Source: Chitinophagales bacterium
GTDB taxonomy: Bacteria > Bacteroidota > Bacteroidia > Chitinophagales > JADIYW01
Length of the DNA stretch: 64,000 nt
Direction: 5' to 3'
NCBI GenBank assembly: GCA_046329775.1
Contig: JAXLTX010000004.1
Coordinates: 152,968 to 216,967, forward strand
Positions 7,796-17,392 of this stretch are shown one piece after another. The notes under the pieces are model-generated. The model was not told where the DNA came from. It worked only from the letters and a program-made list of their open reading frames with translations, and did not search any database. Each line of letters begins with the position of its first letter. Position 1 is the stretch's first letter. A program made the translations under genes and the position numbers.

Positions 7796-9154
7796 ATGGG
7801 CGATAAAAACACCTTATCTGGGCCGCTTCCAAAGAAATTATGGATTCTATTGCTAGTTTCTTTCGTCATCAGGGTGTTGATTTTCTTCCGTTTTCAGCCT
7901 TGGAATGAGCTGGTGGTGCAAAAACAAGTATTAGTCTTCGATTCTTTGGGCTATCATAATCTGGCTTTCTGCATCAAGGATCAGCTTAGTTTTTGCGGAG
8001 ACGCCTTCCGCACGCCGGGGTATCCCTTTTTCGTGGCCATTGTCTATTCAATATTCGGAAGCCAGCCTTACACGGCGATTTTTATACAGATTTTTCTGAA
8101 CCTGATTTCCATTGTGTTGCTGTATAAGATAGGGAAGGAACTGTTTTCGGAAAAAGCGGGCTTCATAGCTGCGGTTCTATTTTCCCTGGATTTACACCAC
8201 ACCATCTTTATTTATTATATTTTGACGGAAACGATTTATACCACCGTTTTTCTGGCGGCACTGCTGTTTTACATTAAGGCCATTAAAACGTCGAATCTTA
8301 GATTTTTTATCTTAACCGGACTTATTTACGGCATCAGCACCCTGATTCGTCCGATTTCCCAATATTATATCGGCGGTATTTTCTTGTTCACCCTGTTATG
8401 GTATTTCAAAGAATGGAAAAACGGCGTTAGGTTCTCGCTAATTCTAATGAGCGCGTATTTTTTTGCGGTGGCTCCCTGGTGTTTGAGAAATTACAGTGAA
8501 TACGGACATTTCGCCTTATCCAACATCAAAGGTTATAATTTGCTCTTCTGGAATGCAAGCTACTACGAATCCAAACGTCTGCAGCAGCCGATAGATACGG
8601 TGAATGCCAATTTCAAAACGGAATTGCAGAAAATGGGCTGGCGGGCAGATGCCAATCCGTTTGATAAAGAAAAGTACGACGGCGAGCTGGCCAATAAAAT
8701 CATCAAGGCGCATTTTGGCGATTATCTGAAAACGCATCTGGTCGGAACTGTGAAAATTCACTTAAGTGTGGGCACGCAAAGCTTGACGGAAGTGCTGCAT
8801 ATTCCGGCAAAAAAGTTCAGTGAAGAAGAAAAGTATAATAATGGCGTAGTGGCATTGGTGAGAAAATTCTTTGCGGAAAAAACGATTTATGAGATCTTAC
8901 TGGGCTTATTTGTGGCGGTATTTTTAGCAATCGTTTATTTCTTTGCGGGCACTGGTATCTGGCGTATGGTAAAAGAAAAACAAACCCTGCTGATGTTGTT
9001 TTTACTGGGCTCTGCAGGTTATTTTGCCCTAATCAGTGGTATCATTTCATATGCACGATACAGATTGCCGAGCATGCCGTTTTATATCCTGTTGGCGAGT
9101 GCGGGCATGGTGTGGTGGCTAAACAGAAAAAAGTCATCAGACGTTAACCGTTAG
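7796..9154 (+). CDS. GT-C family glycosyltransferase (ArnT / dolichyl-phosphate-mannose-protein mannosyltransferase-like)
   Basis: 452 aa and polytopic. It has an early loop ...SLGYHNLA...FRTPGYPFF and a STLIRPISQYYI segment typical of PMT_2/ArnT-like proteins. Confidence 0.65.
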   Translation: MGDKNTLSGPLPKKLWILLLVSFVIRVLIFFRFQPWNELVVQKQVLVFDSLGYHNLAFCIKDQLSFCGDAFRTPGYPFFVAIVYSIFGSQPYTAIFIQIFLNLISIVLLYKIGKELFSEKAGFIAAVLFSLDLHHTIFIYYILTETIYTTVFLAALLFYIKAIKTSNLRFFILTGLIYGISTLIRPISQYYIGGIFLFTLLWYFKEWKNGVRFSLILMSAYFFAVAPWCLRNYSEYGHFALSNIKGYNLLFWNASYYESKRLQQPIDTVNANFKTELQKMGWRADANPFDKEKYDGELANKIIKAHFGDYLKTHLVGTVKIHLSVGTQSLTEVLHIPAKKFSEEEKYNNGVVALVRKFFAEKTIYEILLGLFVAVFLAIVYFFAGTGIWRMVKEKQTLLMLFLLGSAGYFALISGIISYARYRLPSMPFYILLASAGMVWWLNRKKSSDVNR

Positions 9155-10094
9155 CATTTAAGCCACCAAGCAATCCTTCTATCTTATCCATCAAAATTCT
9201 GGTAAGTTTAATCTTAGATTCCACCGTCCAGCCGGCGATGTGCGGCGTGGCGATGACATTATCAAACGACAGCAGTTTCTGATACACTTCCGGTGCATGA
9301 ACTTTATTTTTAGTGATGGGTTCATCTTCATACACATCTACACAAAACCCTCTTATTTTTCTGCGTTCCAATGCATCAATTATATCTGTTGTTTTTACCA
9401 CAGCACCGCGTGAAGTATTAATAACCAAGGGTTGCTTGATGCAATTATTTATAAAATCTGAATTGCAGCAGTAATGTGTTTCTCCAGTATGCGGAATATG
9501 AAAACTGATGACATCACTTAGTTGCTGCAACTCCTCCAATGAGACATTTCTTACAAAACTATCCTGTGTCGCTTTGTATTTATCATACACTAAAATTTCC
9601 ACCTCAAATCCACGTAGTTTTTTAGCAAAAGCCTGTCCCGTATGTCCGTACCCAATAATGCCCACCGTCTTCCCGTCCAGTTCCATTCCACGGTTTTCCT
9701 CCCGCCGAAACAAGCCGCTTTTCAATTCATCATTTGCCTTCTTTATGTTATTTAGTAAACTCAGCAACATCGCCAGACAATGCTCTCCAACCGCATTTCC
9801 GTTGCCTTCGGGAGAATTGACACAAGTGATATTTCTTTGGGTACAATAGGCTACATCCACATTTTCCATACCACTGCCTACCCGTCCAACGATTTTCAGA
9901 TTGCTTGCTTTGTCAATTAATTCCTTATCCACCTTTGTATAAGTGGTAATAATTAAAACCGTATAGTCTGCAATGATCCGAAGTAATTCTTCGCGTTCAA
10001 TTTCGGGTTTTACATCCACGGAATAACCCAATGCTTCAAACCGGTTTTGAATGTAGTTATCAATATCTGCTGTAATCAGAACCCTTTTGTTCAT
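9144..10094 (-). CDS. NAD-dependent D-isomer-specific 2-hydroxyacid dehydrogenase (SerA/PdxB-like)
   Basis: 316 aa with a Rossmann motif GIIGYGHTGQAFAKKL, catalytic region LVINTSRGAVV and TPHIAGWT. Its start overlaps the rsmA stop (ATGA). Confidence 0.85.
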   Translation of the reverse strand: MNKRVLITADIDNYIQNRFEALGYSVDVKPEIEREELLRIIADYTVLIITTYTKVDKELIDKASNLKIVGRVGSGMENVDVAYCTQRNITCVNSPEGNGNAVGEHCLAMLLSLLNNIKKANDELKSGLFRREENRGMELDGKTVGIIGYGHTGQAFAKKLRGFEVEILVYDKYKATQDSFVRNVSLEELQQLSDVISFHIPHTGETHYCCNSDFINNCIKQPLVINTSRGAVVKTTDIIDALERRKIRGFCVDVYEDEPITKNKVHAPEVYQKLLSFDNVIATPHIAGWTVESKIKLTRILMDKIEGLLGGLNANG

Positions 10095-10873
10095 TTCTCC
10101 TTTTCTATCATTTTTGTCAGGTCGATGAAATCCTGTACGCTGAGTTGTTCCGCACGTTTCTGAAAGATATCCTGTTGTAACAATTCTTTGGATGCGATAC
10201 CACCCAATCCATTCCGCAGCATTTTTCTGCGCTGATTAAAACCTGCTTTCACAATATTCCTGAACAACTTAAAGTCAAAATCCAGATTGATTTCTTCTTT
10301 TCTTCTCATGGAAATGATACTGCTCATCACTTTAGGCGGTGGCGAAAAGCTTGACGGTGGAATATCAAATTCCATCGTCACATCGTATAGCAACTGCGCC
10401 AGCACGCTGATGACGCCATACTCTTTGGAACCTTCCGGTGAGGCTATTCGATGTCCCATCTCCTTCTGGAACATCCCTACCATAAACGGAATGTTTTCAT
10501 AATTATCCAGGATGCTGAAAACAATCTGAGAGGAAATATTATAAGGGAAATTTCCGACAATGGCGGTAGGCGACTGTAGCATTTCCTTCAGATTCAGTTT
10601 CAGAAAATCGGCCTCAAGGATTTCAAGATGGGATTTTTGTGTCGCATACTTCCCATTTAGGTGTTCCACACATCGATTGTCCACCTCAATACATGTCACA
10701 AAATCGAATTCCTTGAGCAGATAATCCGTCAAAGCTCCCGTTCCCGGGCCTATTTCGATGATTTTTTCACCTTGATAGTATTTATTTACCACCTTAATGA
10801 TGTCCTCCAGCACTTTTTTATCTGTTAGAAAATGCTGCCCATAAGACTTTAAGGCTGTCACAAAATTCGACAT
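10091..10873 (-). CDS. rsmA: 16S rRNA (adenine1518-N6/adenine1519-N6)-dimethyltransferase
   Basis: 260 aa with YGQHFLTDKKVLEDI, IEIGPGTGALT and GNFPYNISS. Confidence 0.93.
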   Translation of the reverse strand: MSNFVTALKSYGQHFLTDKKVLEDIIKVVNKYYQGEKIIEIGPGTGALTDYLLKEFDFVTCIEVDNRCVEHLNGKYATQKSHLEILEADFLKLNLKEMLQSPTAIVGNFPYNISSQIVFSILDNYENIPFMVGMFQKEMGHRIASPEGSKEYGVISVLAQLLYDVTMEFDIPPSSFSPPPKVMSSIISMRRKEEINLDFDFKLFRNIVKAGFNQRRKMLRNGLGGIASKELLQQDIFQKRAEQLSVQDFIDLTKMIEKEK

Positions 10874-10902
10874 GTGTACATTTTTTTTAGGTAATCTCTC
10901 TA

Positions 10903-10910
10903 TAATTTTG
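10903..10910 (+). promoter_or_regulatory. -7 box TAATTTTG upstream of pepA (21 nt before the ATG)
   Basis: Exact TAnnTTTG match. Confidence 0.4.
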
Positions 10911-10931
10911 AAGAACTAAAGGTAATACATT

Positions 10932-12398
10932 ATGTTGCAAATTTCCAGCAAACCCCCTAAAAGAGCGATTCTAGTTGTTTTTTCCAAGATAAATCTGAAT
11001 GCTTTACCCTTCTTTGACTTAGAAGAAAAAAAAGTTATCCAATCGAAACTCGACGGCGGATTGAAAGTCATTCCGTTTACCAAACAATATAAGACCTATA
11101 TTCTTTTTGCGATGGAGATAAGCGAGGATAAGGACCTTTTACAGGAAAAACTGCGTATACAGGGACACAATATCTATCGGATCTGCAAGGAATCCAAAGA
11201 AACGGATATCAGCCTGGAAGTGCTGGGAGATGTAAACAGAGATAATCTCGCTTCTTTATTATTGGGTATCGCCCTGTCGGACTATGAATTCCTGAAATAC
11301 AGAACCAAAAGTAAAGCTTACAACCTGACGGTACACATAGACCCTCTGCTCATCAATGAGGCTGCGGTGAATGAAATAAACCTACTGGCGGAAAGTGTAC
11401 GCATCACCAAAGATTTGGTGAATGAGCCGGTTTCTTATCTTACTGCGGTGCAATACTCCAAAGACATACAGAAACTTGGAAAAAATGCAGGTTTCAGTGT
11501 TACCGTTTGGGACCAGAAGAAAATAGAGCAGGAAGGTATGGGCGGCATCATAGCCGTTAACCGTGGCAGCTCCGCTCCTGCCACCTTCAATATACTGGAA
11601 TACAAACCAGCCAAAGCCATCAACAAAAAGCCTTTGGTACTGGTGGGAAAAGGTGTGGTATATGATACCGGAGGTTTATCCTTAAAACCCACTAAAAACA
11701 GCATGGATATGATGAAATCCGACATGGCAGGTTCTGCTGCTGTAGTGGGTGCCATGTATGCCATTGCCAAATCCAATTTCCCGTACCACATCATAGGCCT
11801 GATTCCTGCCGTGGAAAATCGCCCGGGATACGAAGCCACCTGTCCGGGTGACGTGATTACCATGTACGACGGGACCACTGTGGAAGTTTTAGACACGGAC
11901 GCTGAAGGCCGATTGATTCTGGCGGATGCGCTCCATTACGCCAAACGCCTGAAGCCTGAACTGGTGCTGGACTTTGCCACACTGACCGGTTCTGCCATGC
12001 GCGCCATCGGCAAGGAAGCCAGTGTCATTATGGGAACAGCAGACAAAGAGGTAAAGAAAGAAATTCGCAGAGCCGGCAACTCGACCGGCGAGCGCACCGT
12101 AGAATTCCCTTTCTGGGATGAATATGCTGAATATATGAAAAGCGACATCGCTGACTTAAAGAATCTGGGACCTGCAGACGCAGGCTCCATCACCGCCGGA
12201 AAATTCCTCGAACACTTCACGGATTACCCTTGGATGCATTTCGATATCGCCGGTCCTGCTTTCGTTGCCGGACAATATAATTACCGCGGAAAGTGGGCAA
12301 CGGCGTATGGTGTGAGATTATTGTTTAAATTTGTACAAAATAAGTGCAAGGATGTCAACACCAAATCAGAAAAGAAAAGTAGGAATAACGCTCGGTGA
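10932..12398 (+). CDS. pepA: leucyl aminopeptidase (peptidase M17)
   Basis: 488 aa with VNEPVSYLT, VGKGVVYDTGGLSLKP and LDTDAEGRLILADAL. Confidence 0.93.
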   Translation: MLQISSKPPKRAILVVFSKINLNALPFFDLEEKKVIQSKLDGGLKVIPFTKQYKTYILFAMEISEDKDLLQEKLRIQGHNIYRICKESKETDISLEVLGDVNRDNLASLLLGIALSDYEFLKYRTKSKAYNLTVHIDPLLINEAAVNEINLLAESVRITKDLVNEPVSYLTAVQYSKDIQKLGKNAGFSVTVWDQKKIEQEGMGGIIAVNRGSSAPATFNILEYKPAKAINKKPLVLVGKGVVYDTGGLSLKPTKNSMDMMKSDMAGSAAVVGAMYAIAKSNFPYHIIGLIPAVENRPGYEATCPGDVITMYDGTTVEVLDTDAEGRLILADALHYAKRLKPELVLDFATLTGSAMRAIGKEASVIMGTADKEVKKEIRRAGNSTGERTVEFPFWDEYAEYMKSDIADLKNLGPADAGSITAGKFLEHFTDYPWMHFDIAGPAFVAGQYNYRGKWATAYGVRLLFKFVQNKCKDVNTKSEKKSRNNAR

Positions 12399-13419
12399 TG
12401 TTGCAGGCATAGGTCCTGAAATCATCATGAAGACGTTTGCAGAAGACCATCTCTACAAACACTTTACGCCCATACTATATGGCAATCCGAGAGTTCTGTC
12501 CTATTACAAAAAGATGCTGAATATTGATAAATTTCAATATTCCTCCATCAAAGGATACGGAAACCTCAGCCACAATTCCCTGAACATCATCCCCGTTTGG
12601 GAAGAAGAATTTGCAATAACACCCGGCACTCCAACCGAAATTACGGGCAGTTATGCCTTAAAATCCCTGCAGGCTGCCTGCGAAGCGCTTAAAAGCAGAC
12701 AGATAGACGTATTGGTTACATCACCCATCAATAAGAAGGTGATGCACTCCGAACAGTTTCCTTATGCAGGCCATACAGAGTACCTGATGGAGTACTTCGG
12801 CGCCAAAGACAACCTGATGTTCATGGTGGCGGATGAATTGCGCGTGGGACTGGTGACCAACCACAATGCCATCAAAGATGTGGCTTCCAAAATCACTAAA
12901 GAAAAAATCATCAAGAAGCTGCAGCTGATGAATACTTCATTAACGCAGGACTTCGGCATCGACAAGCCGCGCATCGCGGTTTTAGGCCTGAATCCACATG
13001 CCGGCGACGGTGGTGTGATTGGCAATGAAGAAGGGAATGTCATCCTGCCGGCCGTACAGGAAGCGAAGAATATGGGCATTACCGTATTTGGGCCTTACCC
13101 TGCAGACGGATTCTTTGCTTCATGCAACTATAGAAAATTCGATGGCGTATTGGCCATGTACCACGACCAGGGTCTGATTCCGTTCAAATATATTGCCGGT
13201 GAAGACGGCACGAATTTTACAGCCGGCTTAGATGTCGTGCGTACGTCTCCGGATCATGGCACCGCCGAAGATATTGCCGGCAAAGGTATTGCCGATGAGA
13301 CGTCTTTCCGGAATGCGATTTACACGGCAATAGACATCTTCAACAACAGAGCCAACTACAACGAGATGCGCGAGAACCCGCTGGTGAAACGCGCGGTACT
13401 GCATGATGAAAGGATATAA
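12352..13419 (+). CDS. pdxA: 4-hydroxythreonine-4-phosphate dehydrogenase
   Basis: VGITLGDVAGIGPEI, HTEYL, GLNPHAGDGG, MYHDQGLIPFK and RTSPDHGTA. Start placed at ATG 12352 (track: 12331). It overlaps the pepA 3' end in another frame. Confidence 0.93.
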   Translation: MSTPNQKRKVGITLGDVAGIGPEIIMKTFAEDHLYKHFTPILYGNPRVLSYYKKMLNIDKFQYSSIKGYGNLSHNSLNIIPVWEEEFAITPGTPTEITGSYALKSLQAACEALKSRQIDVLVTSPINKKVMHSEQFPYAGHTEYLMEYFGAKDNLMFMVADELRVGLVTNHNAIKDVASKITKEKIIKKLQLMNTSLTQDFGIDKPRIAVLGLNPHAGDGGVIGNEEGNVILPAVQEAKNMGITVFGPYPADGFFASCNYRKFDGVLAMYHDQGLIPFKYIAGEDGTNFTAGLDVVRTSPDHGTAEDIAGKGIADETSFRNAIYTAIDIFNNRANYNEMRENPLVKRAVLHDERI

Positions 13420-13445
13420 AATATTGCTATTCATATAAAAGATGC

Positions 13446-13453
13446 TACTTTTA
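13446..13453 (+). promoter_or_regulatory. -7-like box TACTTTTA, 5 nt upstream of ATG 13459 (leaderless-type)
   Basis: TACTTTTA-caagt-ATG. Confidence 0.45.
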
Positions 13454-13458
13454 CAAGT

Positions 13459-15261
13459 ATGCAATCATTCCGGATTTCAAAATATACATTTTATTTTTGC
13501 GCACTATTTCTATTCGTTTCTACTTTTTTTACTAAAAGATGGAATGAGCCCAACAATGCCGTTATATCATGGGATGCTGCAGGCTATTACCTGTATTTAC
13601 CCGCCTTCTTTTATGACGACTTGGGCAAAATCAACAAAGCAGACGAAATCATTGGAAAGTACAATCCCTTTGGCTGCAATTTTGAAGATGCCAATAAAAA
13701 AGCAAACGACAACTATATTATAAAATATACCTGTGGTGTTGCCATCATGGAATTGCCTGCATTTGTTATTGCACATTTATGGGCAAAAGCAGGCAATTAT
13801 CCTGCAGATGGCTTTTCTTATCCATATCAGGTTTGTATAAATTTCTGGAGCATTCTTGTGGTAGTAATCGGTTTATGGTTTTTGCGAAAGAATCTGCTAA
13901 ACCGATTCAGCGACAGTACAATAGCATTCGTTCTATTTGCTTTATGCTTTGCCAGCAACCTATATAATTTCACTTCTTTCTGCGGTAATATGTCGCATAG
14001 TTATCTCTTTACATTGTATGTTTTCATTATTTACCTTTTAGACAAACTTTACAAGCGACCGAACTATCCTATTGCCATGCTGCTTGGTTTGCTTGCTGGA
14101 TTAGCTGTCTTAACAAGGCCAACGGAAATCGTTTGCATGATCCCTATTGTGCTTTGGCGGATAAGCAGCTTTGCTGACATAAAGAACAGGATTACATTTT
14201 TTAGAGAGCATTTTTTCAAATCAATTGCATTTGCTTTAACTGCTATAGCTGTCGGCAGTATTCAATTAATTTATTGGAAAACGTATTCAGGAAGTTGGAT
14301 TTTCTGGAGTTATGGCAACAACGAAACATTCAGCTTTTTACATCCACACATCCTGAATGGGCTATTTAGCTACAAAAAAGGATGGTTTGTATACACACCG
14401 GTAATGATCTTAATTGTACCAGGTTTTTATTTCCTTTATAAAAGATACAGAAGTATATTTCTTGCCGTTTTGTTATTTTGCATTGTTAATATTTATCTTG
14501 TTTTTTCCTGGGATTGTTGGTGGTATGGCGGCTCTTTTTCCCAGCGCAGCGTTATACAATCTTATGCTTTGCTGGCTTTCCCGTTAGCGGCATTAATGGA
14601 AGCGGCACAGAAAAAGAGATTATATCGAATCAGCCTTATTGTTTTCATTTTATTTTGTTCGTGGTTAAATATTGTCATGACCTATCAATCTTATTGTCGG
14701 CAAGGCATTATGGAAACAGAATCCATGAGTAAACATTATTTCTGGAAAATCTTTGGAAAAACCAGCATTGAGAAATCTGATAAAAAATTCATTGACCTTA
14801 GAGATGAATTACCCAAGAAACTGCAAAACAAGCTTTCCCTTATTTATGAAACAGATTTTGAAAAAGATAATTTTGGTGACAGTTGCATTGCTTGTTCCGG
14901 CAATAAGGGAATCTTATTGAATAAATCAAAACAAGAAAGCAAAGAAATCAGCATTCCTGTTTTACCCGATAAAAAAGGCTACTACATAGCAAGTGTTAAA
15001 GTATTTGCAAATGAAATGGAATGGAATGTTTGGAAACAAACACAATGGATTATTGCATTACATAATAATGACACAGAAGTAAAAACCAACTATTACAGGG
15101 TATATAGAATCATCGAACCGAATTCATGGCAGGAAATATCCATAGCTATCAAGACACCTCCCCATTCCTCTTTTAATAAATTAAAGATTAAATTCTGGAA
15201 TGCAGACAGCGATAAAGAAATTAGGGTTGATGAATTAAAGGTCTTCTTTGTCCAAGACTAA
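13459..15261 (+). CDS. polytopic membrane protein, GT-C-like glycosyltransferase candidate with a C-terminal beta-rich soluble domain
   Basis: 600 aa with about 11 TM helices and an LAVLTRPTEIV loop comparable to the other two GT-C-like proteins. The last ~170 aa are hydrophilic. Function is tentative. Confidence 0.55.
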   Translation: MQSFRISKYTFYFCALFLFVSTFFTKRWNEPNNAVISWDAAGYYLYLPAFFYDDLGKINKADEIIGKYNPFGCNFEDANKKANDNYIIKYTCGVAIMELPAFVIAHLWAKAGNYPADGFSYPYQVCINFWSILVVVIGLWFLRKNLLNRFSDSTIAFVLFALCFASNLYNFTSFCGNMSHSYLFTLYVFIIYLLDKLYKRPNYPIAMLLGLLAGLAVLTRPTEIVCMIPIVLWRISSFADIKNRITFFREHFFKSIAFALTAIAVGSIQLIYWKTYSGSWIFWSYGNNETFSFLHPHILNGLFSYKKGWFVYTPVMILIVPGFYFLYKRYRSIFLAVLLFCIVNIYLVFSWDCWWYGGSFSQRSVIQSYALLAFPLAALMEAAQKKRLYRISLIVFILFCSWLNIVMTYQSYCRQGIMETESMSKHYFWKIFGKTSIEKSDKKFIDLRDELPKKLQNKLSLIYETDFEKDNFGDSCIACSGNKGILLNKSKQESKEISIPVLPDKKGYYIASVKVFANEMEWNVWKQTQWIIALHNNDTEVKTNYYRVYRIIEPNSWQEISIAIKTPPHSSFNKLKIKFWNADSDKEIRVDELKVFFVQD

Positions 15262-16115
15262 AACCTTCTGAACGTATTCTGTCCGGCACGTTTTACCTTA
15301 TTGATGTGCTCGTAATCCTGTTCATTTTTCAAGAGCGAACCAAAGTAAGGCGGCTGTGTCGTCAGATAATCAATTCTTTGCAAATCCTCTTTGGTATTTT
15401 TTCCGATTTTCAACAAACGAATCCAGTCGATCAGTTCAGAGGTGGATGGTTTCTTTTTGATGCCGTGAATTTCGCGGATACCGTAAAACACTTTCAACGC
15501 CTCTTCCATCAGTTCTTCTTCCAGATGCGGAAAATGCACATTGATAATATCTATCATCGTTGTCCGTTCCGGGAAACGGATGTAATGAAAAAAACATCTG
15601 CGCAAAAAAGCATCTGGCAATTCCTTTTCATTGTTGGAGGTAATGATGACAATCGGCCTTGTTTTTGCTTTAATCGTTTTTTGCAATTCGTAACAATAGA
15701 ACTCCATCTTGTCCAATTCCAGTAACAAGTCGTTTGGAAATTCGATATCCGCCTTATCGATTTCATCGATCAGCAAGACCGCCTGCTCTTCACTTTCAAA
15801 TGCCTGCCACATCTTACCTTTGATGATGTAGTGTGCAATATCGTTCACTTTTGCGTCTCCGAATTGCGAGTCGCGCAAACGTGCCACCGCATCATATTCG
15901 TACAAACCTTGTTGTGCCTGTGTGGTGGATTTTATATGCCAGGTAAACATGGGTTTGTTCAATGCTTTTGCCACTTCAAATGCCAGTAAGGTTTTACCCG
16001 TCCCCGGTTCGCCCTTTATCAATAAAGGTTTTTCCAATGCGATGGCTGCGTTCACGGCTATTTGCAATTCTTCCGTGGCTATGTAATTTTGCGTGCCTTT
16101 AAATTCTTCGTTCAT
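15258..16115 (-). CDS. AAA+ ATPase, MoxR/CoxD-like (AAA_5)
   Basis: 285 aa with Walker A GEPGTGKT, Walker B LLIDEIDKA and sensor region ITSNNEKELPDAFLRRC. Confidence 0.85.
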   Translation of the reverse strand: MNEEFKGTQNYIATEELQIAVNAAIALEKPLLIKGEPGTGKTLLAFEVAKALNKPMFTWHIKSTTQAQQGLYEYDAVARLRDSQFGDAKVNDIAHYIIKGKMWQAFESEEQAVLLIDEIDKADIEFPNDLLLELDKMEFYCYELQKTIKAKTRPIVIITSNNEKELPDAFLRRCFFHYIRFPERTTMIDIINVHFPHLEEELMEEALKVFYGIREIHGIKKKPSTSELIDWIRLLKIGKNTKEDLQRIDYLTTQPPYFGSLLKNEQDYEHINKVKRAGQNTFRRF

Positions 16116-16159
16116 ATTGATTATTGTAGTTAGTGGTAAGTAATGAGCAACAGGTATGT

Positions 16160-17347
16160 TTAATGAATAATTTTCTTTCCTTTTAATGTTTTCATGGCTT
16201 TGGCCAAACCATCTAATGTCATGGGAAACATGCGATCTTTAAATACTTCTTTGATGATTTTCACGGTGGGTGTGCCGTCCCAGTAATATTCATTGCTCGG
16301 ATTGAGCCAAACCGTATTCGGAAATTTAGTTACAAAGCGCTGCAGCCAGGCAATGCCGGTTTCATCGTTGTAATGCTCCACACTACCGCCTAATGCCGTC
16401 AATTCATAAGGCGACATCGTTGCGTCTCCGACAAAAATCACGCGGTAATCCTGATTGAATTTATGCAAGATATCAAATGTCGGAATTCGATCATTGTAAC
16501 GCATATTGTTGTCTTTCCAGATGCTTTCATACACGCAGTTGTGGAAGTAAAAGAACTCCAGATGTTTCAGTTCCGATTTTGCTGCAGAGAATAGTTGTTC
16601 GCATAATTCGACATAAGGATCCATGGAGCCGCCCACATCAAAGAACAACAGCACCTTTACGCGGTTCTTTTTCGCAGGCTGCATCTCAATGTCCAGATAG
16701 CCTCCATTCTTGCTGGTTTTTTCAATGGTGGTATGTAAATCCAGTTCATCTTCTATGCCTTCCCGCGTCAGTATTCTCAGGCGTTTCAGGGCCAGTTTAA
16801 TGTTGCGCGTATTCAGTTCCACATCAGATGAATAGTTCTGAAACTGCCGTTTTTCCCACACCTTCACCGCACTTCTGCCGCCACCATCACCGCCGATATT
16901 AATGCCTTCCGGATTGAAGCCGCCGTTGCCGAAGGGAGACGTGCCGCCCGTTCCAATCCATTTGTTGCCACCCTGATGCTTTTCTTTTTGTTCTTCCAGT
17001 AACTGCTGCAAACGTTCCATCAATTTATCCAGACCGCCCATCTTCTCTATCATCGCTTTTTCTTCCTCAGAAAACAAACGATCTATTTCCTTTTGCAGCC
17101 AGTCTTTCGGGATTTCCTTTTTATCTGCTTCCGACAATTCTATTCCGTGAAAATAATTTCCGAACAGCAAATCATATCTATCGAGAAACTGCTCGTGTTT
17201 AATCAGGATCGTTTTGGATAAGAAATAAAATTCCTCCACGCTGAATCTGGTTACACGCTTACTCAGCGCTTCCAGCAAATTCAGGTATTCGCCAATGCTG
17301 ACCGGCAAACCTTCCTCTTTCAGCAATAAAAAGAAATCGAGAAACAT
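16160..17347 (-). CDS. VWA domain protein, CoxE-like (partner of the MoxR-type ATPase)
   Basis: Lies immediately downstream of the AAA+ gene. It has a Gly-rich GTGGTSPFGNGGFNPEGINIGGDGGGR segment and a MIDAS-like FFDVGGSM motif. Start moved to ATG 17347 (MFLDFF...), which avoids overlap with the DinB gene and matches a -7 box. Confidence 0.75.
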   Translation of the reverse strand: MFLDFFLLLKEEGLPVSIGEYLNLLEALSKRVTRFSVEEFYFLSKTILIKHEQFLDRYDLLFGNYFHGIELSEADKKEIPKDWLQKEIDRLFSEEEKAMIEKMGGLDKLMERLQQLLEEQKEKHQGGNKWIGTGGTSPFGNGGFNPEGINIGGDGGGRSAVKVWEKRQFQNYSSDVELNTRNIKLALKRLRILTREGIEDELDLHTTIEKTSKNGGYLDIEMQPAKKNRVKVLLFFDVGGSMDPYVELCEQLFSAAKSELKHLEFFYFHNCVYESIWKDNNMRYNDRIPTFDILHKFNQDYRVIFVGDATMSPYELTALGGSVEHYNDETGIAWLQRFVTKFPNTVWLNPSNEYYWDGTPTVKIIKEVFKDRMFPMTLDGLAKAMKTLKGKKIIH

Positions 17348-17385
17348 AGTATAAAAGTAGTGAGTAGCAAGTATAAAGTAGTAAG
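17348..17385. repeat. roughly heptamer-phased AGTA-containing degenerate array between the VWA and DinB genes
   Basis: AGTA recurs at 17348, 17356, 17363, 17370, 17377 and 17380. The minus strand reads cttacta ctttata cttgcta ctcacta cttttat. Confidence 0.6.
17352..17359 (-). promoter_or_regulatory. -7-like box TACTTTTA, 4 nt upstream of the VWA ATG (17347)
   Basis: Minus strand reads TACTTTTA-tact-ATG. Confidence 0.45.
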
Positions 17386-17392
17386 ATTTGCG

